Shown: piece by piece, positions 7,467 to 15,738 of the stretch
How the letters are laid out: every line of letters begins with the position of its first letter
Position numbering within the stretch: the first letter of the stretch is position 1
From: Candidatus Fraserbacteria bacterium
GTDB lineage: Bacteria; Bipolaricaulota; Bipolaricaulia; RBG-16-55-9; JANLFV01
Reading direction: 5' to 3'
DNA: 23,508 nt
Assembly (NCBI GenBank): GCA_037446135.1
Contig: JBBIJD010000009.1
Span: 8,130-31,637 of the forward strand
Made by a program: the position numbers and the translations under genes
Notes under the pieces: generated by a model
What the model saw: only the letters and a program-made list of their open reading frames with translations
Database searches by the model: none
Told to the model about the DNA's origin: nothing

Positions 7467-8654
7467 ATGGGCATGCCAATTAGAGGGGTCACACTGCTCA
7501 TCATGCCTGGGGCTATGGGCCAAAGCCCGGTCGAGCGGCTGATCTCCGGGGTCCGTGAGGCAGTCACACTCGATCTGATCGAGAAGGCTGCTAAGAGCGA
7601 GGCCATCGAGCAGATCATCGTCGCCACGCCCTCGAGCGGCTTCGCCGCGACGCTCGAGCTCGAGGCCAAGGAGGTCCACCCCCCGATCGAGGTGGAATTG
7701 CTCGATGGTGAGGACTTCCACTTCGGCCTCTGCCTCTGGGGGCTGATCGAGCGGTATGAGATCGACCGCCTGCTTTACTTCAGCGGCGGGAGCGGGGCCC
7801 TCCTCTCGGAAGAAGAGCTGGCTGGGCTGGCCGGGCTCCTCCTCGAGGAGGAGCGGCTCTTCCTGGCCAACAACTTCTACTCCACCGACTTCCTCGCCCT
7901 CGTCCCGGCCCGGACTTTGTTGCCCCTCCCGCCGCCTGAGAGCGACAATCGGCTGGGCTGGCTCCTCTGGGAGGCCGGATTCAAGGTGGCCGAGCTCCCC
8001 AGGACCGCTGCGAGCCAGTTCGACATCGACACCCCGACCGACCTCTTGATCCTAAAGATCCATCCCCGGGCTGGGCCTCATACCAAGGAATATCTGGACA
8101 AGCTCGACCTCGATGCGACCCGTCTGAGTGTGGCATTCCATTCCTTCACTAACCGCGAGGCGACGGTGCTGGTTGCCGGGCGGGTTTCCGCCCAGACCTG
8201 GCGCTACCTTGAAGAGGAGACGGCCTGCCAGGCAAGGGTCTTCTCCGAGGAGCGGGGGCTCAAGGCCAGCGGGCGGGAGGAGCGAGGCGAAGGGCGATCT
8301 CTCCTGGGCTTCCTCTTGGAGGAGGTCGGGCCGGAGAGGTTCTTCCGGACCCTGAGCAAGCTGGCGGACCTAGCTTTGATAGATTCTCGAGTCCTCTTCG
8401 CCCACATGAGGAGGTGGCCCACGGCCCAGGATCGGTTCCTCTCGGATCTCTTTCGGGCTGAAGAGATCCAGGACCCGGTGGTAAGGGCTTTCACCGCCGC
8501 GGCGAGGGCGGCGCCCCTGCCGGTGATCCTCGGGGGCCATTCGCTCGTCTCCGGGGGGCTCTATGCCCTGGTCGAGCTCGCCTGGCGGGGGAAGAGCCTG
8601 GAGCGGCGAGTCCGGGTCCGGCCATTATCCATCCCGATTAGAGTGAAGGAGTGA
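7467..8654 (+). CDS. hypothetical protein with a CofC-like / GT-A nucleotidyltransferase-type N-terminal domain
   Basis: EQIIVAT, FHFGLCL, NNFYSTDF and FDIDTPTDL resemble the DIDTPEDL signature of the CofC/MobA fold. There is an additional C-terminal domain (RVFSEERG, ILGGHSLVSGG). Confidence 0.6.
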   Translation: MGMPIRGVTLLIMPGAMGQSPVERLISGVREAVTLDLIEKAAKSEAIEQIIVATPSSGFAATLELEAKEVHPPIEVELLDGEDFHFGLCLWGLIERYEIDRLLYFSGGSGALLSEEELAGLAGLLLEEERLFLANNFYSTDFLALVPARTLLPLPPPESDNRLGWLLWEAGFKVAELPRTAASQFDIDTPTDLLILKIHPRAGPHTKEYLDKLDLDATRLSVAFHSFTNREATVLVAGRVSAQTWRYLEEETACQARVFSEERGLKASGREERGEGRSLLGFLLEEVGPERFFRTLSKLADLALIDSRVLFAHMRRWPTAQDRFLSDLFRAEEIQDPVVRAFTAAARAAPLPVILGGHSLVSGGLYALVELAWRGKSLERRVRVRPLSIPIRVKE

Positions 8655-8660
8655 GAGCAA

Positions 8661-11600
8661 ATGTATGAGCGCTATTTCAATCGGCCTCTTGAGGAGGCCG
8701 ACCCCTTGATCGCCGCCCTCATCGGCCATGAGGAGGAGCGGCAGGCGCGGAAGCTTATCCTGATCCCTTCGGAGGCATTGGCCCCCTCCCCGGTGAGGGA
8801 GGCCCTCGGCTCGGTCTTCACCAACCTTTATGCCGAGGGGTATCCCCCGGTGAGGATGGTCCGCTCCGATGAGAAGCTCCTCTCGGACCTCGCGGCCCAG
8901 CTCGCCTACCTCCGCCGCTACGGCGACCGGAGGTTCTATAAGGGCGTGGAATATGTCGACATCTTGGAATCGCTCGCTCAACGGCGGGTCGCGGAGTGCT
9001 TCGCCAACCCCCGTGCCCCAGCTGAGGAGATCTTCGTGAACATCCAGCCCCTCTCCGGGGCGGCGGCCAACCTCGCGGTCTATGACGCCTTCCTCCAGAA
9101 CGGGGATACGGTCATGGGGATGGACCTGATGCATGGCGGCCACCTCACCCACGGGAGCCGGTTCAACTTCTCGGGGAAGCGCTTTAAAGTCGTATCCTAC
9201 ACCGTCGACCCGAAGACCGAGCTCCTGGACTACGACCAGATCCTCGAATTGGCCAAGGAGCATAAGCCGAAGCTGATCATCGCTGGCTACACCTCTTATC
9301 CTTGGGCCCCAGACTGGGAGAGGTTCCGGAAGATCGCGGATTCCGTCGGAGCGATCTTGCTCGCGGACATCGCCCACACCGCGGGGATGGCGATCGCCGG
9401 GGTCTACCCCAATCCCGTGGGGATCGCCGATGTCGTGACCTTCACCACCCATAAGACGATCTGCGGCCCAAGGGGGGCCTGCATCCTCACCACCGACGAG
9501 GCCAAGGCGGAGAAGATCGATAATTCGGTCTTCCCCGGCGAGCAAGGCGGGCCCCATGTCAACAAGTTCGCGGCCATGGCCGTGGCCTTCGGGATCGCCA
9601 AGACTGAGGCCTTCAAGGAGCTCCAACACCGGATCGTCGCCAACGCTAAGGAGCTGGCCGAGGCCCTCCAGAAACGGGGGATCCGCTTGGCCTACGGCGG
9701 GACGGACACCCATATCGTGATGGTCGACCTCAAGTCGGTCCATCCCGAGCTGAAGGGCGAGCCGGCGGCCAGGATCCTGGACCTCGCGGGGATCGTGGTC
9801 AACCGGAATACCATCCCGGGGGACACCGTCACGGCCCTGGGGACTGGGATCAGGCTGGGGACTCCCTGGGTGAGCCAGCGGGGGATGGGGAAGGAGGAGA
9901 TGGAGAAGATCGCCGAGCTGATCCATCGGATCCTTTCGAACATCAAGCCCTTCAGCTACCAAGGGCTCCGAGGTGAGCTCCCCCGGGGGAAGATCGAGCT
10001 GGAAGTCCTAGAGGGAGTGAAGCAAGAGGTGGAGGAGCTCGCTGCGGCCACGGCGGCCGAGACCCGCTCCCGCGGGACCGGCTACCCGCATTACTACTTC
10101 CTCCGGGAAGCTCCTCTTGCGAAGGAGCGGGCTCCAGCCTCGGCGGGGAACCCGCGCCCATTCGCTGGGCTGGCTGTCCTACAGGTCCGGGGCGAGCGGG
10201 CCCTGCCCTTCCTCCAGGAGGCCCTCACCGCCGATATCGCCGCCCTTAAGCCGGGGGAGTGCACCCATTCCCTGATACTCGAGCGGGACGGCCGGGTGAT
10301 GGACGAGCTTCTGGTCTTGAGGCTCGAGCCGGAGAGGTTCATCCTCCTCCCCAACCGGAAGAACGCCCCGCGGGTTCTGGCCTGGCTCCGCGGCCTATCG
10401 GATGGCTACATCATCTTCGATGATGACGACCTCTTGAGGAAGGTCCAAGGCCCAGCGGTCATCGAGGACCTGATGACCGACCTCCCGGAGGGGGACCGCC
10501 TGGCCCTGCTCCCCCGGATCAGGGAGGCCCTCGAGAGGGCAGGCTTCGGCAGTGATGATCAGATCAAGGGACTGGGGATCTCGGACGATGAGGGGAGGCC
10601 CCCTGCCGCGGAAATCTACAAGCATGAGCGCTATCGGCCCCTCTTCCGCCTCACAAAGCCCTACTTCGTCGGGCAGAGGCACCTGGAGCGGTTCGCTCCC
10701 CCCGTCAGAAAGAAAGAGTTCGAATGGGATGAAAGGCGCGAGGGCCCTCTCCGGCGGACCCCTCTCTTTGATGAGCACAAGCGGCTGGGGGCGAAGTTCG
10801 TCCCCTTCGCCGGCTGGGAGATGCCGGTCTGGTATTCCAGCGTGGGCGAGGAGCACCGGGCCGTCCGTGAGGCGGCCGGGCTCTTTGATGTCGGCCACAT
10901 GGGGGTCTTGGAAGTCGCGGGTGAGCATGCTACCAGCCTCCTCGACCTGGCCACCACCAACTATGTCCGCTGGCTCGAGCCAGGCGAGTCCCAATACACC
11001 TACCTCCTCGACCCCGACGGGGGGGTGATCGACGACCTGATCGTCTATTGCCGGACTAAAGAGCGCTACTTGCTAGTCGTGAACGCCGTCAATGCCGAGA
11101 AGGACCTGGCCTGGCTTCGGGCCGTGAACTCTGGGGAATACCTCCTCGACCGGAAGAGGCCCTGGGTCGAGCCCGAAGGGCAAGCCCTGGTCCGCGACCT
11201 CAAGGCCCCCGAGGCCAGGGAGGACCGAAGGCTCGACCTCGCCCTCCAGGGACCTAAGTCGCTGGTGATCCTCCAGAGCCTGGCCGATCCCAAGCTAAAG
11301 CATCGGCTGGGGCGGCTCAAGCGGACGGAGCTCCTCGAATGCGAGCTTGCCGGGTTCGATTTGATCATCGCTCGGACCGGCTACACTGGCGAGGAGTTCG
11401 GGTATGAGCTCTTGGTCCATCCCGAAAGGGCGGTCGAACTCTGGCGGCTCCTGCTCGAGGCCGGGGCCGAGTTCGGCCTCAAGCCCGCTGGCCTAGGGGC
11501 AAGGGACTCTACAAGGACCGAGGCGGGCCTGCCGCTCTGGGGCCATGAGCTGGCCGGGGAGCTCGCTATCTCCCCGATCGAGGCCGGCTTCGAGGGGTAT

Positions 11601-11999
11601 GTCAAGTTCCACAAGCCATTCTTCATCGGGAGGGAGGCCCTCCTCAAGCGGAAGCAAAAGATGAAGATGACGGTCGTCCGGTTCCGGATGGAGAGGAAGG
11701 GTGTCCGCCTCCCGAAATATGGGGATCCTGTGGTCGACCGGAACGGCCGCTTCCTCGGAAGGGTCACTTCCTGTGCCCTCGATGCCGAGGGCTTCTTGGT
11801 CGGGATGGCTTATATCGATAAGGGCGCGAGCGCCGAGGGGACCCCGCTTTGGATCTACTCCCTCCAGGAGCGGGTTGGGGAGAAGGGGCTGCGGGAGCTC
11901 GGCCCGGGCGACCGGGTCTCATTGCCGAGCGAGGCCAAAGTCATCGCCAGATTCCATATTGGTCGAGCCGTTGCCCTCCACACCGCCTGCCAGGAGTAG
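8661..11999 (+). CDS. glyA-gcvT: fused serine hydroxymethyltransferase / glycine cleavage aminomethyltransferase (GlyA-GcvT)
   Basis: SHMT motifs LIPSE, YAEGYP, QPLSGAAAN, HGGHLTHG, DIAH, TTHKT (PLP Lys), FPGEQGGP, GGTDTH, GIRLGTP. GcvT motifs LRRTPL, FAGWEMPVWY, GLFDVGHMG, ARTGYTGE, GLGARDSTRTEAG. Confidence 0.95.
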   Translation: MYERYFNRPLEEADPLIAALIGHEEERQARKLILIPSEALAPSPVREALGSVFTNLYAEGYPPVRMVRSDEKLLSDLAAQLAYLRRYGDRRFYKGVEYVDILESLAQRRVAECFANPRAPAEEIFVNIQPLSGAAANLAVYDAFLQNGDTVMGMDLMHGGHLTHGSRFNFSGKRFKVVSYTVDPKTELLDYDQILELAKEHKPKLIIAGYTSYPWAPDWERFRKIADSVGAILLADIAHTAGMAIAGVYPNPVGIADVVTFTTHKTICGPRGACILTTDEAKAEKIDNSVFPGEQGGPHVNKFAAMAVAFGIAKTEAFKELQHRIVANAKELAEALQKRGIRLAYGGTDTHIVMVDLKSVHPELKGEPAARILDLAGIVVNRNTIPGDTVTALGTGIRLGTPWVSQRGMGKEEMEKIAELIHRILSNIKPFSYQGLRGELPRGKIELEVLEGVKQEVEELAAATAAETRSRGTGYPHYYFLREAPLAKERAPASAGNPRPFAGLAVLQVRGERALPFLQEALTADIAALKPGECTHSLILERDGRVMDELLVLRLEPERFILLPNRKNAPRVLAWLRGLSDGYIIFDDDDLLRKVQGPAVIEDLMTDLPEGDRLALLPRIREALERAGFGSDDQIKGLGISDDEGRPPAAEIYKHERYRPLFRLTKPYFVGQRHLERFAPPVRKKEFEWDERREGPLRRTPLFDEHKRLGAKFVPFAGWEMPVWYSSVGEEHRAVREAAGLFDVGHMGVLEVAGEHATSLLDLATTNYVRWLEPGESQYTYLLDPDGGVIDDLIVYCRTKERYLLVVNAVNAEKDLAWLRAVNSGEYLLDRKRPWVEPEGQALVRDLKAPEAREDRRLDLALQGPKSLVILQSLADPKLKHRLGRLKRTELLECELAGFDLIIARTGYTGEEFGYELLVHPERAVELWRLLLEAGAEFGLKPAGLGARDSTRTEAGLPLWGHELAGELAISPIEAGFEGYVKFHKPFFIGREALLKRKQKMKMTVVRFRMERKGVRLPKYGDPVVDRNGRFLGRVTSCALDAEGFLVGMAYIDKGASAEGTPLWIYSLQERVGEKGLRELGPGDRVSLPSEAKVIARFHIGRAVALHTACQE

Positions 12000-12003
12000 C
12001 TCA

Positions 12004-12831
12004 ATGGACACCGATGAGATCATGGGATTGGCCCTCGAGCTGGCCGGGCTCGACGAGATTCCGGCCGATAGCCAGATCTACTACCCCGGCGAGGAGATCA
12101 AGAGGGTCCTCATCGGGCTCGACCTCGGGAGCGCCGAGCTCCAACTCGCCAAGGCCCTCGGCTTCGACCTGGCGATCGCCCATCACCCTCAGGGCGGGAG
12201 GGCCTCACTCAACTTCGCCGAGGTCCTGAAGAACCATATCCGGCAGATGGTCGAGGCCGGGGTCCCCCGCAGGGTCGCGGAGGAGGCGATCCAAGAGAGG
12301 CTCTTCGAGGCTCAGGTGACCGCCCATATGAGCAACTATGACCATGCCCCCTCGATCGCCCGGCTGCTTGAGCTGCCGTTCATGAACATCCATACCCCAT
12401 TGGATGAGATCGGCCGGCGCCGGCTGGCCGAGGCCGTGGCTCGGCTCAATGGTGAGGCGACCGTCGCGGAGCTAGTGGCCCTCCTGAGGGAAGCGTTCCC
12501 GGAGTTCCGCCACGCCGAGACGGAGATAGATGTCCGTGTCGGCGAGCCGGGGAACAGGATCGGTAGGGCCGTCGTCTCCCACGGGGCAGGGACCAATGGC
12601 GGCTATCCTGTAGCTAAGGCCTACTTCGACCACGGGATCGATACGGTGATCTACATCCACTGCAGCCCGGCGGACTCGAGGCGGCTCCGGGAAGAGTTTG
12701 CCCATCGCGGGAAGAACCTGATCGTCACCGGCCATATCGCGAGCGACTCGCTCGGGATCAACCCGTTCATCAGGGAGCTGGAGAAGCGGGGAATGGAAGT
12801 GGAGCGGTTCAGCGGGGTGCTCCCGAGATGA
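12004..12831 (+). CDS. Nif3/YbgI-like dinuclear metal-centre protein
   Basis: IAHHP, NIHTPLD and VTGHIASDSLGIN metal-ligand motifs. Start set at ATG 12004 (MDTDEIM), 4 nt after the glyA-gcvT stop. Confidence 0.75.
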   Translation: MDTDEIMGLALELAGLDEIPADSQIYYPGEEIKRVLIGLDLGSAELQLAKALGFDLAIAHHPQGGRASLNFAEVLKNHIRQMVEAGVPRRVAEEAIQERLFEAQVTAHMSNYDHAPSIARLLELPFMNIHTPLDEIGRRRLAEAVARLNGEATVAELVALLREAFPEFRHAETEIDVRVGEPGNRIGRAVVSHGAGTNGGYPVAKAYFDHGIDTVIYIHCSPADSRRLREEFAHRGKNLIVTGHIASDSLGINPFIRELEKRGMEVERFSGVLPR

Positions 12832-12858
12832 GCCGCCCGGCCCTGCCTGATCGGCCCG

Positions 12859-13167
12859 CTACTTCTCCCCGTCCGTTGGCGAGCCGCCCGCGCTGGCCTT
12901 GCCTTTAAGCTGGTCTAACTCCTGAGCCGACCTGGCGACCCGCCTCCGGGCGAGTGCGAGCGAGGCGCTGGAGATGAGGGCCTCGATGAGGAAGGCCAGC
13001 ACAATGGCCCCGAGGAGCCAGGCCCCTTGGAGGCTGAACCTCCCGAAGAGGAGGTCCGCCTCGATCCGCCCCCTCAGAAGCTCGAGGTTGGTGAGACTGA
13101 AGACCAGGACGATGATCGCTAGGATCAGCCAATAGAGCCGTCTGAGGAAGATCACTAGCTTCTCCAC
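12859..13167 (-). CDS. small membrane protein, LapA-like
   Basis: SD GGAGG before GTG, two TM helices (LILAIIVLVFSLTN; WLLGAIVLAFLIEAL) and a short basic coiled-coil tail. Confidence 0.65.
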   Translation of the reverse strand: MEKLVIFLRRLYWLILAIIVLVFSLTNLELLRGRIEADLLFGRFSLQGAWLLGAIVLAFLIEALISSASLALARRRVARSAQELDQLKGKASAGGSPTDGEK

Positions 13168-13197
13168 AAGTCCTCCCTTCTCTTCTGGTCTAGTAAA

Positions 13198-14667
13198 CTA
13201 CCTCCGTTCGAGATGCGCCGTCCGGCCCAAGCAACGCAACACTGTGCGGTGAGGGAATTGCTCCCGGAAGATCTGCCAATAGATGAGCTCCTCTTTGGAA
13301 TTGAGGACGAAGCCGGGGGCGATCTCCCGCTCCCGCAAGAATTCCGCATCGGGGATTCGAGCCTCGGCGACCTCTGCCAGCCTGTCAGCTACCCCAGCTC
13401 CGGACCAGAACTTCTCCTTCGCTCGCCAGATCACTGCCTCGGGAAGATCCCCCTCTAGGGCCCTCCTTAGGATCCACTTCTCGATCCTCCCCTCCCCGTA
13501 GATCTTCCAGCGGGCAGGGATGGCGTTTGCGAAGGTCACGACCTTTGGGTCGAGGAAGCAGGCGCGGGCCCGAATGGAGTGGGCCGCGGCCATGCGATCG
13601 ACCCGCTGGAGGGCCGTATTATGTAAGGCCGCTTGCGCTCTGGCTAGGGCTTGGGATAGTTCCTCCTCATAGTGGGATTTGAAGTAACTGTAGCCCGCGA
13701 ATAACTCATCTCCACCCTCTCCGGAGAGCACCACCCGCGCATACCGACTGGCCAGCTCGGCCACAAGGTAATTGGCCAAGGAGCTGCGGACCAAGGGGGC
13801 ATCGAATGATTCAAGATAGTAGATAACTTTGGGTAAGACCGTCAGCAAATCATCGAGGTCATAGATGGCCTCATGGTGCTCGGTCCCCAGGGAGGCTGCG
13901 ACCTCCCGGGCATAGGCAAGATCGGGCGCGCTGGCCATCCCTACGGAGAAGGTGTGCACCGGAGATTCGCGCAGCCGGCAGGCCAGAGCGGCCAGAGCGC
14001 TGGAGTCCAGCCCCCCGCTCAGCCAGACGCCTAAAGGCTCGACCCTGGCGATCCTGCGCGCTACAGCCCGCTCGAGTAAGAGCCGGAGCCGGGCCGCGAT
14101 CTCCCTGGGCTCGGACGGCATAGCGATCCCATCGACCTCAGGCTCGAACCGCTGGAGTTCGCCCCTCGAGTAGTAGTGCCCTGGAGGGAAGGACTGGATA
14201 TCATCAGTCACAAGCTGCAAGGCCTTTATCTCCGAGGCGAAACAGAGTCGGCCCTCACGATAGCCGAAGTAGAGTGGGGCTTGGCCCATGGAGTCTCGGG
14301 CTAGACTGAGCTCATCCCCATCCAGGATGGCCAAAGCGAAGGGCCCATCCAGCCGCTCCAGGAAGCCGAGCCCCTCCCGCTCATAGAGGCGGAGGAGCAG
14401 CTCGGCATCCGTTCCTATAGGCTCGCTCAAGGGGCTCCGCAGCCCCTCGATGTCATACACTTCTCCGTCCCAAACGAGCATTTTATCCCCCCGGCTCACG
14501 GGCCCGGCGAAGGCCTTGGAATCGATGGCTAGGGTGACTCCACCGAAGGTGCCCTGTTCGCTGCTCCGGAGGCTACGACCATCCGGCCCGCGGTGGCCCA
14601 GGCGGTCCAACATCTTCCCGATTAGTGCTTCCGCCCCGCCCTGCTCGATCCCGGCGATGCCGCTCAC
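13198..14667 (-). CDS. asparagine synthetase B-like ATP-dependent amide ligase with a degenerate glutaminase domain
   Basis: Synthetase motifs LSGGLDSS, LSGEGGDELFAGY and KWILRRA; Ntn-domain motifs HRGPD, ARDSMGQAPLY and FASEIKAL. The probable start GTG 14667 gives MSGIAGI rather than MCGIAGI. Confidence 0.85.
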   Translation of the reverse strand: MSGIAGIEQGGAEALIGKMLDRLGHRGPDGRSLRSSEQGTFGGVTLAIDSKAFAGPVSRGDKMLVWDGEVYDIEGLRSPLSEPIGTDAELLLRLYEREGLGFLERLDGPFALAILDGDELSLARDSMGQAPLYFGYREGRLCFASEIKALQLVTDDIQSFPPGHYYSRGELQRFEPEVDGIAMPSEPREIAARLRLLLERAVARRIARVEPLGVWLSGGLDSSALAALACRLRESPVHTFSVGMASAPDLAYAREVAASLGTEHHEAIYDLDDLLTVLPKVIYYLESFDAPLVRSSLANYLVAELASRYARVVLSGEGGDELFAGYSYFKSHYEEELSQALARAQAALHNTALQRVDRMAAAHSIRARACFLDPKVVTFANAIPARWKIYGEGRIEKWILRRALEGDLPEAVIWRAKEKFWSGAGVADRLAEVAEARIPDAEFLREREIAPGFVLNSKEELIYWQIFREQFPHRTVLRCLGRTAHLERR

Positions 14668-14683
14668 ATGCACCCCCTCAGGC

Positions 14684-15733
14684 TCATGGTTTAGTCCTGA
14701 TATGGACATCACGCTGGGGGAAGGGGATCTCGATCCCCTCTTGCTCGAATCTCCGTTTGATCTCCATGTTCAGCTCATCCTTGACTCTGAAGAGATCGTG
14801 GTAGTCGGCCACCCAGCAGACGAGGAAGAGCTTGAGAGAGAAATCGCCGAACTCAGTAAAGTAAACGGCAGGAGGGGGCTCCTTCAGCACATCGGGGTGG
14901 TTGTTACAGATCTCCAGCAAGACCCGCTTCACCCTGTCTAGATCGCTCCCGTAGGCCACTCCGATCGTCTGGGCGATCCTCGTCCTCGGGTTGGGGTAGC
15001 CGAAGTTGACGACCCTCGATTTAGCTATCTCGGCATTCGGGATGATAATGATGTTGTTATCGAAGGTCTTGATCTTCGTCGAGCGGAGGCCGATCTCATA
15101 GACCTCGCCCATCTGGCCGTCGGGGAGCTGGATGAGGTCCCCGACCCTAAAGGGGCGATCGACCATGATGACGAACCCAGAGATCCAGTTGGCGATCGTC
15201 TCCTGGGCCGCCAGCGCGATCGCTAAGGAGGCGACCCCCGCCGTAGCGATGAAGCCGGTGAGGTTGACTCTAAAGTAGCCCAGGATGATGGTGATGGCGA
15301 TGAAGTAGAGGACGATCTTGAGCAGCCGGGCGAAGAGGGGGATGAACTCCTCATCGACTCTTGTCTCCGTCCGGACGGCCACCTCGGCGAGATACCAGTC
15401 CAAGATCGCCTTGATGAGGGCATAGAGGAAGCGAGTGAAGGCGAGCGCCGCGGCCACGAAGAAGACCCCGTTGATGACCCTAAGCCAGGGGGTCCCGGCG
15501 AGGGCCGGATGGGTGCTGAACCTCTGGAAGACCAGATAGAACCCGCCTAGAAGGACGAGGAGGAAGGCCGGCCGCTCCGTGGCCTCGACGATCAAGGTAT
15601 CCAGCTTCGTCCTCGTCTTCTGAGCGATCCGCTTGAGGACCTGGCTCCAGAAGAGCCGGACAAGATAGCTCCCCAGGACCACCGCGGCCAGGAGGATGAG
15701 CAACAGCACCAAGTCTTTAGCGACTCCCCCCAT
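14684..15733 (-). CDS. mscS: small-conductance mechanosensitive channel, MscS family
   Basis: GVASLAIALAAQETIANWISG, DRPFRVGDLI, IGLRSTKI, IIIPNA, GVAYGSD and GIEIPFPQR. Confidence 0.93.
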   Translation of the reverse strand: MGGVAKDLVLLLILLAAVVLGSYLVRLFWSQVLKRIAQKTRTKLDTLIVEATERPAFLLVLLGGFYLVFQRFSTHPALAGTPWLRVINGVFFVAAALAFTRFLYALIKAILDWYLAEVAVRTETRVDEEFIPLFARLLKIVLYFIAITIILGYFRVNLTGFIATAGVASLAIALAAQETIANWISGFVIMVDRPFRVGDLIQLPDGQMGEVYEIGLRSTKIKTFDNNIIIIPNAEIAKSRVVNFGYPNPRTRIAQTIGVAYGSDLDRVKRVLLEICNNHPDVLKEPPPAVYFTEFGDFSLKLFLVCWVADYHDLFRVKDELNMEIKRRFEQEGIEIPFPQRDVHIRTKP

Positions 15734-15738
15734 TCAGG

